Positions 10,201-20,114 of a stretch of DNA of 64,000 nucleotides are shown piece after piece; the stretch's first letter is position 1, and the number at the start of each line of letters is the position of its first letter. The notes under the pieces were generated by a model. It searched no databases. It was not told the origin of the DNA and worked only from the letters and a program-made list of their open reading frames with translations. The DNA comes from an uncultured Methanosarcinales archaeon (GTDB taxonomy: Archaea > Nanobdellota > Nanobdellia > Woesearchaeales > ARS49). Location: assembly GCA_964637115.1 (NCBI GenBank), contig CAZWVL010000005.1, positions 1 to 64,000 on the forward strand, in the 5' to 3' direction. The position numbers were made by a program, and so were the translations under genes.

Positions 10201-11004
10201 CTACATGTACCCCAGTGACCTTAATTTCTGCATCGCATAAGCTTTTTCCTTGTCCTGTGACCTTCCTGCTCTTTCAGGAGTCTTGCTCGTCCTGATTTCC
10301 TCAATTATTTTGTCTACGGTATCCGCATTGCTCTCTATTGGCACTGTTATCGGCATGCATCCCAAGCTTCGGTATCGTTTGCCATCCTTTGCAAAGTAAA
10401 GAGAATTAATTGGAATGTTTTCCCGCTTGATGTATTCCCAGATGTCAAGTTCTGTCCAGTGCAAAAGGGGATGTATGCGCACGTGCTCATCTTCTTCTGT
10501 CTTTGACTTGTACTGGTCCCACATTTCTGTTGGTTGGTCTTTGTAATTCCACGTGAATTCCGCATTGCGTGGGGAAAATACTCTCTCTTTTGCGCGAATG
10601 CCGTGCTCATCCCTTCTTATGCCAACAAACAGCGCCTTGAACCTGTGCTGCGCTATTGCCTGCTTGAGCGCTACTGTCTTCAATTCGTGGCAGCACGTTA
10701 ATGCGTCGTGAGTCGCATATCCAATTCCGCGCGCAATCGCTTCTTCGTTCTTGCTTATGATTAAGTTTAATCCCCATTCCCTTGCCCAATAGTCTCTGAA
10801 CGCGTACATTTCGGGAAATTTGAAAGTAGTGTCAATATGCATCACTGGAAATGGAATTTTTCCCAAGAATGCTTTGCGCGCCAGCCACAAAAGTGTTGTG
10901 GAGTCTTTTCCAATGCTCCACAAAAGTCCAAGATGTTTAAACTGGTAGAAAGCTTCTCTGATGATGTAGATGCTCTGGTTTTCCAGCTTGTCCAGATGGT
11001 CCAT
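10201..11004 (-). CDS. cysD: Sulfate adenylyltransferase subunit 2
   Basis: LENQSIYIIREA, WSIGKDS, HIDTTFKFPEM, GIRRDE, RAKER, YRSLGC; start reassigned to MDHLDKLE at 11004 with a TATA box about 24 nt upstream. Confidence 0.92.
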   Translation of the reverse strand: MDHLDKLENQSIYIIREAFYQFKHLGLLWSIGKDSTTLLWLARKAFLGKIPFPVMHIDTTFKFPEMYAFRDYWAREWGLNLIISKNEEAIARGIGYATHDALTCCHELKTVALKQAIAQHRFKALFVGIRRDEHGIRAKERVFSPRNAEFTWNYKDQPTEMWDQYKSKTEEDEHVRIHPLLHWTELDIWEYIKRENIPINSLYFAKDGKRYRSLGCMPITVPIESNADTVDKIIEEIRTSKTPERAGRSQDKEKAYAMQKLRSLGYM

Positions 11005-11051
11005 ATGGTTTTTGAGGATTGACCAGTTTTTAAATATTTGTAGTCCGCGTT

Positions 11052-11969
11052 TTAGAATGCGCGTATTTGTCCAGGTCTTGTGAAATATCGTGGATATATA
11101 ATTCCAAGCAGCATTCCAAATGACTCTATGAGTCTGTAATACGCTATCAGTGCGCACGCGGGATAATATTCATACCATCTTATCTTGAGAAGCTTTCGTG
11201 CGCTTGTCATCCTGCGGATATCCTTGATAACCCGTGGTAAGTAGAAAATGAATGGAAAAAGAATTCCTGTACATTTGAGCAGTTTTGAGAGTGGGAATTT
11301 TTCTTCCACTTTTCGCATTACAATTCCTCCAAATCCTGCATTGAGCCTGTTGCGGAAGACGTACGGGTAATAATTGTGCTGTATTTCCATTCGGGGATTG
11401 AAGAGAATGTTGTAGTGCTGGTGCCATTTCCATCCAAGAATACCAACACTTGCCGCTGTGATGTCTGGCAGTCCTTCAGGGAACTGCAGTGTTTCATAAA
11501 TCTCCCGTTTGACTGCAAGATTGTTCGCGCTGAAGCGGTCTGTATTTTCATATCTGCCTTCCGGCAGGAAGTCGAACACGCTTAGAACTTTTGCTTTCAA
11601 ATTTGTAAGCGGGTAGTGAGTGAAGCCGGTAACAATGGGATTTCCACTTTCCATTGTCTTTTTCATATGTGCAAACCAGTTTTTTTGTATGACGCAATCA
11701 GAATCAAGGAGAACAATGATGTCCCCATTTGAATGCCGAAGGCCTATGTTCTTGCATTCCACGTAGCTCGCGCCCGGTTTTGCTATTCTCTTGACGGGAG
11801 GATATTCTTCAAGAAGTTTTTTTACAGTATCTCCTTCTGTTCCGTCAACGAGAATGATTTCAGCATCTTCACCCTCCGTCTGCAGTATGATTTCTGGAAT
11901 TGCGTGCTGTATGCATATAGTGTTTTCTTCGTGAACATTTGTAGTCTCTATTATGATTGAGAATTTCAT
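11052..11969 (-). CDS. GT2 glycosyltransferase
   Basis: FSIIIET, EIILVD, KNIGL, LLDSDC, FSANNLAVKR. Confidence 0.8.
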   Translation of the reverse strand: MKFSIIIETTNVHEENTICIQHAIPEIILQTEGEDAEIILVDGTEGDTVKKLLEEYPPVKRIAKPGASYVECKNIGLRHSNGDIIVLLDSDCVIQKNWFAHMKKTMESGNPIVTGFTHYPLTNLKAKVLSVFDFLPEGRYENTDRFSANNLAVKREIYETLQFPEGLPDITAASVGILGWKWHQHYNILFNPRMEIQHNYYPYVFRNRLNAGFGGIVMRKVEEKFPLSKLLKCTGILFPFIFYLPRVIKDIRRMTSARKLLKIRWYEYYPACALIAYYRLIESFGMLLGIIYPRYFTRPGQIRAF

Positions 11970-12037
11970 TGTTTACTGGACGTAGAGAGTATTTTTTAAC
12001 TTTTCCGTCAGGTATTTAAACCATATAAGACTAAAAA

Positions 12038-12889
12038 GTGAGCATGGATGTCTCTGTCATAATTCCGAGTTATAACTCAAAGCGTACGATAGAAGGCTGT
12101 TTGTCCTCAGTATGCAATCAGGCCACTAAGCTGCAATACGAGGTTATCGTGGTTGACAGTTCGGATGACGGCACGCATAAGCTTCTTGCGCAATTTCCAG
12201 TCACGCTTATCCGCGCGCAGAAGCGTCTTTTTGCTGGGGAGGCGCGTAATCGCGGAATCAGGCGTGCAAAAGGGCGTATTGTTGCATTTACTGATGCCGA
12301 TTGCGTTGTTTCGCCCACTTGGTTGAGTGAAATTTGTGCTGCGCACAGGAAATACGATTCAGTTGGCGGAAGAATTGTCAATGGCAATCCGAAAAATCTG
12401 CTTGGCTGGAGTTTGTTTCTTCCGCAGTTTGCAGAATTTGGAGTGTCGAAAAAGCGAACAGTGAGAAATATGCCGACGTGTAATGTATCATATGATAAAG
12501 AAATTTTCAAGCGTTATGGCCCGTTTCCAAATGTATTTTGCAATGAGGAATATATATTTAACATGCAGCTTAAAGTGCCGATATTTTTCTCACCTGATGT
12601 TGTCATCAGCCACATTAATCGAACTGATTTTCTTGAAATTGTCCGGCATTCCTATCAGGCCGGGCAGGGCGCGGCTCTTTCACGCAAGAAGACTGGCCAG
12701 CTTGAATTCTTATTTAAGTGGACGCTGTTTATCCCTTTGCTGTTTCTCTATCGCTTTTGCAAAACAGGCCTTAACTCGTTGCGTTCTGGGTGGGGTCTGA
12801 TGTTTGTGCTCACAAGTCCTTTAATATTGATTAATTGTATCGCGTGGAATCTGGGGTTTTTGCAATGGACAGTAAGAAATCGGAATTAA
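12038..12889 (+). CDS. GT2 glycosyltransferase
   Basis: VSVIIPSYN, VIVVDSSDDGT, ARNRG, FTDADC, NEE. Confidence 0.9.
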   Translation: MSMDVSVIIPSYNSKRTIEGCLSSVCNQATKLQYEVIVVDSSDDGTHKLLAQFPVTLIRAQKRLFAGEARNRGIRRAKGRIVAFTDADCVVSPTWLSEICAAHRKYDSVGGRIVNGNPKNLLGWSLFLPQFAEFGVSKKRTVRNMPTCNVSYDKEIFKRYGPFPNVFCNEEYIFNMQLKVPIFFSPDVVISHINRTDFLEIVRHSYQAGQGAALSRKKTGQLEFLFKWTLFIPLLFLYRFCKTGLNSLRSGWGLMFVLTSPLILINCIAWNLGFLQWTVRNRN

Positions 12890-13545
12890 TGCGGGGAAAA
12901 CACAAGGCGGCTAAAATAATGGCCGTTCTTCGCACGGTAAAAGATATTCGCACAGCAGATGTTCTTGATGTGGGTGCTGGCTCAGGTGTGATCGCCTCTC
13001 ATATTGCTGGAAAGTGCAAATCCTTTGTCAGTGTGGACATTTCAGACCGGCGCATAATAAAGAAAGGATACAAGTTCATGAAAGTGTCTGGTGCAGGGCT
13101 GCCTTTCAAAAACAGCAGTTTTGACATTGTCATTTCAAATCAAGTCATCGAGCATACTCCTGCCCAGCAGAAGCATGTGAATGAAATCTATCGTGTTTTG
13201 AAAGAAGGAGGAGTATGCTATCTGGCAACGCCTAACCGTTGGTGGCCTGTTGAGGTGCATTCAAAGCTTCCCTGCATTGGATGGCTGCCTAGGCGCGTTG
13301 CTGGGAAAATGCTGAAGCGTCTTCGTAAGGAGTGGGACGTGTACCCATTGAGTTATCGCCGGCTGCTGAAGCTTGTCAGCAGTTTTTCTGTTTTAAACAT
13401 GACCCCTGACCTTATCAGAAATCCTGATAAATATCAGTTGGATGTGGCGAGAAGCGTCCAGCCTGTTGCAAAGCACATTCCCAGAAAGATTATAGAACTG
13501 CTGAACGTCATGCTTCCTTCTTATGTGTTGATTTTGGAAAAATAG
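12889..13545 (+). CDS. Class I SAM-dependent methyltransferase
   Basis: VLDVGAGSG, LPFKNSSFDIV, VIEH, VLKEGG; start probably at the TAATG overlap at 12889 (alternative 12865). Confidence 0.88.
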   Translation: MRGKHKAAKIMAVLRTVKDIRTADVLDVGAGSGVIASHIAGKCKSFVSVDISDRRIIKKGYKFMKVSGAGLPFKNSSFDIVISNQVIEHTPAQQKHVNEIYRVLKEGGVCYLATPNRWWPVEVHSKLPCIGWLPRRVAGKMLKRLRKEWDVYPLSYRRLLKLVSSFSVLNMTPDLIRNPDKYQLDVARSVQPVAKHIPRKIIELLNVMLPSYVLILEK

Positions 13546-14686
13546 ATTGCAGTATTTTCAGGTACGCTTTGCTTTTAACTTCCCAGTCGTGTGCGGTATT
13601 AGGGCGGGGCCTGGAAGCGTCGCGCAAAGCGGCAAGTATGGCATTCGCCAGCTTCTCCGGTGTAAGTGTGTCAACAACCGTGACGCCTGGTTCAACATGT
13701 TTAATCCCGCTTGCAATGACACGTGTTCCGCTGCTGAGCGCTTCCATTATGGTCACAGGCATGCCTTCACGGTCGCCGCCTTGGGCGGTGGTTGATGGTG
13801 AGATAAACAGGTCTGCAGTGGCATAGTATGAGGGGAGCTCCCGATGGGGTATGCCGCCGGCAAATATGATGTGTTCCTGCATTCCAAGCTGTTTAGCTAA
13901 TTTTTTAAGCGAATCTTCCTCAAAGCCGCTGCCTACAATGAGCAGTTTTGTGCCAGGATTTTGTTGTATGACTATCGGCATTGCATGGATTAGGTATGGT
14001 ATTCCTTTTTTTTCAGCAAGGCGTCCGACAAAGAGCAGGAATGGTCCCCTGATTCCGTGTTTTTTCCTTATGCGTGCATCCTTCCTGCGTGAATGGAACT
14101 GCTGTTGGTCAACACCCATTGATATTACATCAATGTTGAGTCTGGGGTTTATTGCAAGAATCTCGTCCTTAAGCGTGTTGCTGGCTGCAGTAATGCGGTC
14201 TGCATTTTTTAATGCAAATCGTTTGAGCGCAGTGAGCTGTTTAACAGCAAAAATGTCTGCGCCGTGCGCAGTGATTACAAGCGGAATGTGAAATTGTCTC
14301 TTTATCAATGCTGCAAGAAACCCTTGTGGAATTGTCCAGTGCGCTTGAATGATGTCAAACTTTTGCGTGCGGACTAATTTTTTTAGCGAGGCATATGCAG
14401 AGAAAGTGAAAAAGGGTATGAGAATGTAATAAAGCGCGTTTTTTTTGAGCGCAGGAAGTATGCCTCCTGAACAGGCGAGCGTTTCCAGTGGCTCAAGAAA
14501 GTATTTGAATCTGACTACTTTGATGCCGTCCATCATCTCATTGCGCTTGGCTCTTGGATAGTGCGGAGCCAGGACTGTGACATCAAAGTCTTTTGTGAGC
14601 CTTTTGGAAAGCTCGTAAACATGCGGGGGCACGTTGTCATTTTTCCAGCGGGGGAAGGTTGAAGTTAAGACAAGAAGCTTCTTCAT
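13508..14686 (-). CDS. GT4 glycosyltransferase
   Basis: LLVLTSTFPRW, AHW, TAHGADI, FVGRLAEKKG, EGMPVTIMEA. Confidence 0.92.
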   Translation of the reverse strand: MKKLLVLTSTFPRWKNDNVPPHVYELSKRLTKDFDVTVLAPHYPRAKRNEMMDGIKVVRFKYFLEPLETLACSGGILPALKKNALYYILIPFFTFSAYASLKKLVRTQKFDIIQAHWTIPQGFLAALIKRQFHIPLVITAHGADIFAVKQLTALKRFALKNADRITAASNTLKDEILAINPRLNIDVISMGVDQQQFHSRRKDARIRKKHGIRGPFLLFVGRLAEKKGIPYLIHAMPIVIQQNPGTKLLIVGSGFEEDSLKKLAKQLGMQEHIIFAGGIPHRELPSYYATADLFISPSTTAQGGDREGMPVTIMEALSSGTRVIASGIKHVEPGVTVVDTLTPEKLANAILAALRDASRPRPNTAHDWEVKSKAYLKILQSIFPKSTHKKEA

Positions 14687-14767
14687 TGCCAGAAATCCCG
14701 TGGAATGCTCTTATATGTGTTGTGTTTGCAAAATATATAGATTTGGAAATCACTATTTCACAGATAG

Positions 14768-15700
14768 TCAGGTTGTAAATGTGTCTAGTATGCGGCTTCT
14801 TGCTTCAGTGTCTGAAAGCCGGACTTTTTCTTTCTTGAAGTCGAGCTGCGTTATAAGCCTTAACGCCCATATTGGGTTGTGTATTCCTTTTCTGTCTATG
14901 ACTGCTTGAGCGAGTTTGTAGCAAAACACAAGGAGAAACAAAGGAAAACCGAAATGTTTTTTTGCGTAGCGGATGCAGTTTTTTCTCTCAATGTGAAGCA
15001 TTGTCTGCCTTCCTGATTTTTTTTCAATCGTGTTCAATGTTTTTGAGCCGCCGTGCTGCAGGGTCACGTCTGGGGTGTAGAGTATCTTGTAACTTGCCTT
15101 CAGAATCCTTCTGTCAAGGTCGTGGTCTTCATGCCAGAATGGAGAGAATCTTTCGTCCCATAATCCTATTTTTTGCACTGCTTCTTTTTTGATAAGCACT
15201 AAAGCGGCGTAATTGCTGGTGACGTACTGCTTTTTGCTTGGTTCAGGCACTGGGATGCGGTGGCTTACCGTAGCCTGTAGTCTGATTCCATAGTTTGCTC
15301 CTGCATAAACAATTGTTCCATCACCTTGTTTGAATCTTGGTGTTGCGACGGCCGCCTGTGGATCCCTCTCAAGGTCTTGTATAAGTGAAGAAAGCCAGTT
15401 TTTTTGAGAAAAAGTCATGTCGTTGTTGACGAATGCAAGATATTTTGGTGAATGATGTCGCAATGCATACCATGCTCCCATGTTCATGCCTTTTGAAAAC
15501 CCATAGTTTTCTTTCAGTGAAATCACAGTTACTCCTTTGAAAGTTTTGAATGCTTTGACAGAGCCGTCAGTTGAGCCGTTATCGGCAATAATTACTTTGA
15601 AGTTCTTGTATTCGGTATTTTTCAAAATACTTTTGACGCAGTTCAGTGTGAGCTGGCATCCGTTCCAATTGAGTACTATGATGGATACTCTCGGTTTCAT
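14768..15700 (-). CDS. GT2 glycosyltransferase (rhamnosyltransferase-like)
   Basis: VSIIVLNWN, ADNGSTDGS, NYGFSKGMN, FVNND, HEDHD; start at 15700 by ATGA overlap with the upstream gene. Confidence 0.9.
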   Translation of the reverse strand: MKPRVSIIVLNWNGCQLTLNCVKSILKNTEYKNFKVIIADNGSTDGSVKAFKTFKGVTVISLKENYGFSKGMNMGAWYALRHHSPKYLAFVNNDMTFSQKNWLSSLIQDLERDPQAAVATPRFKQGDGTIVYAGANYGIRLQATVSHRIPVPEPSKKQYVTSNYAALVLIKKEAVQKIGLWDERFSPFWHEDHDLDRRILKASYKILYTPDVTLQHGGSKTLNTIEKKSGRQTMLHIERKNCIRYAKKHFGFPLFLLVFCYKLAQAVIDRKGIHNPIWALRLITQLDFKKEKVRLSDTEARSRILDTFTT

Positions 15701-16296
15701 GTTTTGTCTTTTATGCATAGTATTTGGAATGCTTTTTCTGGTTTGTTTCTGACGTATATTTGGGTGATGTTTGAAATGCGCAGCCACGCTCTTTTTGGCC
15801 AGAATCGTATGTCTGCGTTTTCTCCTCTGAGCGGTTTCCAGCCGTTGATTCCAATAACAGTATATCCGTGCGCTTTCATTTCTTCAACAGTCCATCCCGA
15901 CTTGTGCTTCTGCCAGGGGTTTCCATCAGGTGGCTGTGGAAGAAATCCGTTCGGAGTAAAGATGATTATCCTTTTCTTGGCAATGCGTTCCATAGCGCTC
16001 AGAAGTTTCAAACCATCTTGTTTTGTCAAGTGTTCAATTACATCCAATGCCATGACGCAATCGAAAGAGTCTGGCGCAAATTTTTTGTCGATATCAATAA
16101 CATCAAGCTGGCAGTATTCATTATGGATTTTTGATTTTCTGCTCTGTTCGATGCTTGGAGCAAACGCATCAACCCCAACTGCAAAGAATTTCCGCGGGAT
16201 ATGTTGCAAGGGAGAGTTCGAGCCACAGCCCACGTCAAGAATGCTTGTGCATTCTCCAATTGCCTTTTCTAATTCCGTATGATAGTGAACCCCCAT
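15697..16296 (-). CDS. Class I SAM-dependent methyltransferase
   Basis: ILDVGCGS, GVD, FDCVMALDVIEH, FTPNG. Confidence 0.88.
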   Translation of the reverse strand: MGVHYHTELEKAIGECTSILDVGCGSNSPLQHIPRKFFAVGVDAFAPSIEQSRKSKIHNEYCQLDVIDIDKKFAPDSFDCVMALDVIEHLTKQDGLKLLSAMERIAKKRIIIFTPNGFLPQPPDGNPWQKHKSGWTVEEMKAHGYTVIGINGWKPLRGENADIRFWPKRAWLRISNITQIYVRNKPEKAFQILCIKDKT

Positions 16297-16384
16297 ACGC
16301 AGGCGTACTTCTAAAGGGTTAATAAATGTATTTCGTTTCTTTATTACAATAACCTTTTTATAGAGAATGTTATGAGTAAATTAT

Positions 16385-17458
16385 ATGTTAAATGGGGTGT
16401 CTATTCTTGTTACAGGGGGAACGGGCTCGTGGGGTTCGTTCTTTGTAAAGTATGTTCTTGAAAAGTATGATGTGAAGCAGATCAGGGTATACAGCAGAGG
16501 CGAGCATAAGCAGGTTAATCTGAAGCGTGAGCTGAACAACAATCCCAAGGTGAAGTTCATAATTGGTGATGTGCGTGATCTAAATAGATTGGAGGTTTCC
16601 AGCCAGGGTGTTGATTATATTTTCCACATGGCCGCTCTGAAGCACGTTCCTGTGTGCGAGGAAAACGCATACGAAACAATCGCAACAAATGTCGATGGCA
16701 CAAAAAATGTTGTTTTGGCAGCGATTAAGAACAAGGTAAAGAAGGTTGTGTATATTTCTACCGACAAAGCAGTTGATCCGTGCAATATTTATGGAATTTC
16801 AAAAGCTGCTGCAGAAAAGCTCATTGTGAATGCGAACAAGGAAACATCGCACACTTCTTTTGTATGTGTGCGTGCTGGAAATGTGATTGGCACCGAAGGT
16901 AGTGTTTTTCCGCTATTTCGCGAGCAGCTTCTACGAGTGAACAAAATCAGTGTTACTGATAGAAGCATGACTCGTTTTTTTATAGCGCTCAAGGATGCGA
17001 TAAGTCTTGTTCTGAAAGCTACTGAAATGGGTCATGGCGGTGAAATCTTTGTTTTAAAGATGAAATCGATAGGCATAATGGACATCGTAGATGTTATGAA
17101 AATGAGATTTGGCAACGATAAAACTGAAATTGTTGACATCGGCATCCGTCCTGGAGAGAAAATTCATGAAAATCTCATATCAAGAAATGAATCTTCGCGC
17201 ACAAAGGAGACGCCTGAGCATTTTGTAATTCTTCCAACACTAGATTTGGGGCTTGCTCCCTATTACGCTCAGCATCCGAATGTTGTTTTTGAGGAGTACG
17301 CTTCTGATAGGGCACCTAGATTTGCTTTGGACGAATTTACAAAGCTGCTTAAGGAAGAAGGATGGCTTGGGCCTGATCATCAGTTAGTCAGCATGTTCAA
17401 GCAGTTCAGCGACGAAGAAATTATGAATATTTTCAAAAAAGAGGGTTGGATGAAATGA
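16385..17458 (+). CDS. UDP-GlcNAc 4,6-dehydratase (PseB/FnlA/CapD-type polysaccharide biosynthesis protein)
   Basis: ILVTGGTGSWG, GDVRD, HMAALKHVP, STDKAVDP, YGISK, RAGNVIGTEGSV, MTRFF, GIRPGEKIHE. Confidence 0.9.
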   Translation: MLNGVSILVTGGTGSWGSFFVKYVLEKYDVKQIRVYSRGEHKQVNLKRELNNNPKVKFIIGDVRDLNRLEVSSQGVDYIFHMAALKHVPVCEENAYETIATNVDGTKNVVLAAIKNKVKKVVYISTDKAVDPCNIYGISKAAAEKLIVNANKETSHTSFVCVRAGNVIGTEGSVFPLFREQLLRVNKISVTDRSMTRFFIALKDAISLVLKATEMGHGGEIFVLKMKSIGIMDIVDVMKMRFGNDKTEIVDIGIRPGEKIHENLISRNESSRTKETPEHFVILPTLDLGLAPYYAQHPNVVFEEYASDRAPRFALDEFTKLLKEEGWLGPDHQLVSMFKQFSDEEIMNIFKKEGWMK

Positions 17459-18177
17459 TTCTGGTTACAGGAGGCTCCGGCCGGCTTGGATCTGCATTAA
17501 AAATTGTCTTTCCTGATGCACTTTTTCCCACAAGATCCGAGCTCGATCTGTTGTCTTCGGATTCTGTTGGGGATTTTGTGAGTAAATCCAAGCCTTCTGT
17601 TATCATTCATGCCGCTGCCATGACGAGTATCCGAGAGTGCGAGGAGAAAAAAGAGCTATGTTGGAAGACAAATGTTGAAGGCACTCTTAATGTGGTTAAG
17701 GCATGTCTCGAATTCTATCCCAATGTGCATTTCATATACGTGAGCACGGCGTGTGTTTTTGATGGAAATCAGGGAATGTACAATGAAAACGACTTGCCCA
17801 TGCCTAAAAATATTTATGGATTGTCGAAATTTGCTGCAGAGCAAATGTGCAAATTTCTGCAAAAGCATCTGATTGTGCGCACTAATTTTATCCCGAGAGC
17901 GCAATGGCCGTATGAGGGCGCTTTCGCAGACCGTTTTGGCACTTATCTCTTTGCCAAGGATGTCGCTTTTGGCTTGAAAGAGCTTTTGGCTGCAAACATG
18001 ACTGGAACAGTTCATCTTGTTGGAGACAAAAAGATTTCAATGTACGAGCTTGCCTTGTTATGCGGCTCTAATCCCCAAAAAATTACCATGCAGGATTATT
18101 CAGGACCCCCATTGACTATAAACATGACTCTTGATACCGGCCGGTGGAAGAAATACGCGATTGGATTCGCGAAATGA
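17455..18177 (+). CDS. RmlD-like NDP-4-keto-6-deoxyhexose reductase
   Basis: ILVTGGSGRLG, IHAAAMT, STACVFDG, YGLSK; ATGA-coupled to the dehydratase. Confidence 0.8.
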   Translation: MILVTGGSGRLGSALKIVFPDALFPTRSELDLLSSDSVGDFVSKSKPSVIIHAAAMTSIRECEEKKELCWKTNVEGTLNVVKACLEFYPNVHFIYVSTACVFDGNQGMYNENDLPMPKNIYGLSKFAAEQMCKFLQKHLIVRTNFIPRAQWPYEGAFADRFGTYLFAKDVAFGLKELLAANMTGTVHLVGDKKISMYELALLCGSNPQKITMQDYSGPPLTINMTLDTGRWKKYAIGFAK

Positions 18178-19034
18178 AAGTTTCTGTTGTCATTCCTACC
18201 TACAATAGGAGTGAAATCCTGATGAAAAGTCTGCGCGCTTTTGAGCAGCAGTCTTTGAAAGCAGATGATTTTGAAATCATTATCGGCAGCGACGGCTCAA
18301 CAGACGATACCGCGCAGAAGGTGAAGGAGTTTTCGCACGCTTCAAGGCTGGATGTCAAATTTCTTGATTTGCCGCACATTGGTCTTTCTGCCGTGAGGAA
18401 TTCGTGCATCAGGGAGGCGAAGGGAGAAGTTCTTTTGTTTATGAATGACGACACTATGCCGGCGCATCCAGATTTTCTTTCCAGGCATTATTCACGAGTA
18501 ACCCCAGAGACTGCATGTGTTGGTCTTGTTGAGTGGCATCCTGAATTGAGTAAAACAGAAGTGATGGATTATTTGAGTCCCAATGGCCCGCTTTTTGATT
18601 TCTCTAAAATACACAAGTCCAGCGACTGCGGATGGCGTTACTTTATAACCTGCAATATGTCTCTGCATAAGAAGTGGTTTGAGAAGGAACTGTTTGACGA
18701 GCACCATCCGTTTGGCCATGAGGATATTGAGCTGGGTTATCGCTTGTGCAAGCACGGTCTGAGAATTACTTACCAACCGGATATTTCTGTTTTTCATTAT
18801 CATTATTTTCGTGATTTTGAAACTTATTTTGGAGCGAAAAAAAAGCGTGTTGACAGTTACAAGTATCTGATTACAAAGCATCCTGAACTGCGCAGGCCTT
18901 TGTATCGTCGTATTGCCCGCCGCCACCTGCACAAGTTTGTGCACGTTGCATACAAGCTTACAGGACTTAAGACGCTCAGGAATTTCTGGTGGACTTGCCG
19001 TATTTATAGCCTGTTAGAACAGAAAAATTCATGA
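18174..19034 (+). CDS. GT2 glycosyltransferase
   Basis: VSVVIPTYNR, DGSTDDT, RN, FMNDD, EDIELGYRL. Confidence 0.9.
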   Translation: MKVSVVIPTYNRSEILMKSLRAFEQQSLKADDFEIIIGSDGSTDDTAQKVKEFSHASRLDVKFLDLPHIGLSAVRNSCIREAKGEVLLFMNDDTMPAHPDFLSRHYSRVTPETACVGLVEWHPELSKTEVMDYLSPNGPLFDFSKIHKSSDCGWRYFITCNMSLHKKWFEKELFDEHHPFGHEDIELGYRLCKHGLRITYQPDISVFHYHYFRDFETYFGAKKKRVDSYKYLITKHPELRRPLYRRIARRHLHKFVHVAYKLTGLKTLRNFWWTCRIYSLLEQKNS

Positions 19035-20114
19035 CTGTAAACTTAAAAAGAGTTTTTTGTATTCTTTTATCTGTCGTGTGATGTCGTGATGTTTTCGAAC
19101 ATAAGTGCGTGCATTGCGTGATTGTATCTTCCATTTTTTCTTGTCATTTATAGCTTTTCTGACGTCTTTGACAAGCTGTTCAAAGTTGCGTGAATGGTAG
19201 CCAAGGTCGTGCTTGCAAACGCATTCATCAGTATCAACTGTCGTGACTACAGGAGTTTCATTGTTCCAGGCTTCAATGAAGACGTTGCCAAAACCCTCGG
19301 TCAACGACGTGTGCACCAAGATTCTTGCATTTGCAAAAAGAGCATTCATTTTCTCTTTTGGCACGTTTTTCAATATCTTGACATTTGGCGGAACATTCTT
19401 AGGCACGTCGCCTATTATTGCCATTGCAAACTTTTCTTTTGGTAAATTCTGCGCGAGTTTCAGGAAAAGCTCCGGCCGTTTTATCGGGTGATTTCGTCCT
19501 GCCCACAAAACATATTTCCTTTTTTCATAGGGCTTCACTTTCTTGACAATTTGCTTTCCATTGTAGATGACAGTTGTTTTTCTTTGAACTGTGGGTGTGA
19601 GATCATTCAATTGTTGGTGGCTCAGTACAACGACTGCATTTGCCATTTGAAGAGCTGTTTTCATCATGGTTATCCATCTAAATTTGCCTGCAAAACTCGC
19701 CTTTTTGAGATCCTTTTTATTGGCTTCCAGCGATTCTGATAGCACGTGTATGTACTTCTTTCCGTGCAGTTTGCAGAAAAGTCCTGTGAGGAAATACAGC
19801 TCGCGAAGGGAGGCTCTCTGCACATAAATGTCTGCGTTTATTTCCCTTAATTTCCTCCAGAATGCGAGTCTGTATGGGATGAATTCTAGGTTGTTTGTAG
19901 AGCATCCTTTGATTGTCCACACATTTATGTCATGTTGCCTGAATTTTTTTTCTTCATCAGCATCAATGAGCATATGCATTTCGAACTGTTTGTCTTTCGC
20001 AAGTAGCTTTGCATCATCAAACATTGCCGCTTCTGCTCCACCATAGCTCTGCTTGTTAACGTATGATGGCCTCAGCAGACCGTATCCGGCCGGGTTTATG
20101 TAGCAAATTTTCAT
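19029..20114 (-). CDS. GT4 glycosyltransferase
   Basis: YGGAE, LWAGRNHPIKRPE, EGFGNVFIEAW. Confidence 0.85.
   Translation of the reverse strand: MKICYINPAGYGLLRPSYVNKQSYGGAEAAMFDDAKLLAKDKQFEMHMLIDADEEKKFRQHDINVWTIKGCSTNNLEFIPYRLAFWRKLREINADIYVQRASLRELYFLTGLFCKLHGKKYIHVLSESLEANKKDLKKASFAGKFRWITMMKTALQMANAVVVLSHQQLNDLTPTVQRKTTVIYNGKQIVKKVKPYEKRKYVLWAGRNHPIKRPELFLKLAQNLPKEKFAMAIIGDVPKNVPPNVKILKNVPKEKMNALFANARILVHTSLTEGFGNVFIEAWNNETPVVTTVDTDECVCKHDLGYHSRNFEQLVKDVRKAINDKKKWKIQSRNARTYVRKHHDITRQIKEYKKLFLSLQS

Noticed and set aside
11005-11157. Long N-terminal extensions on cysD; similar cases at 14768, 20862, 36803, 40225, 43252, 53956 and 61531
   Set aside because: Family motifs, TATA spacing and ATGA overlaps point to downstream starts; the extensions overlap neighbours or promoters
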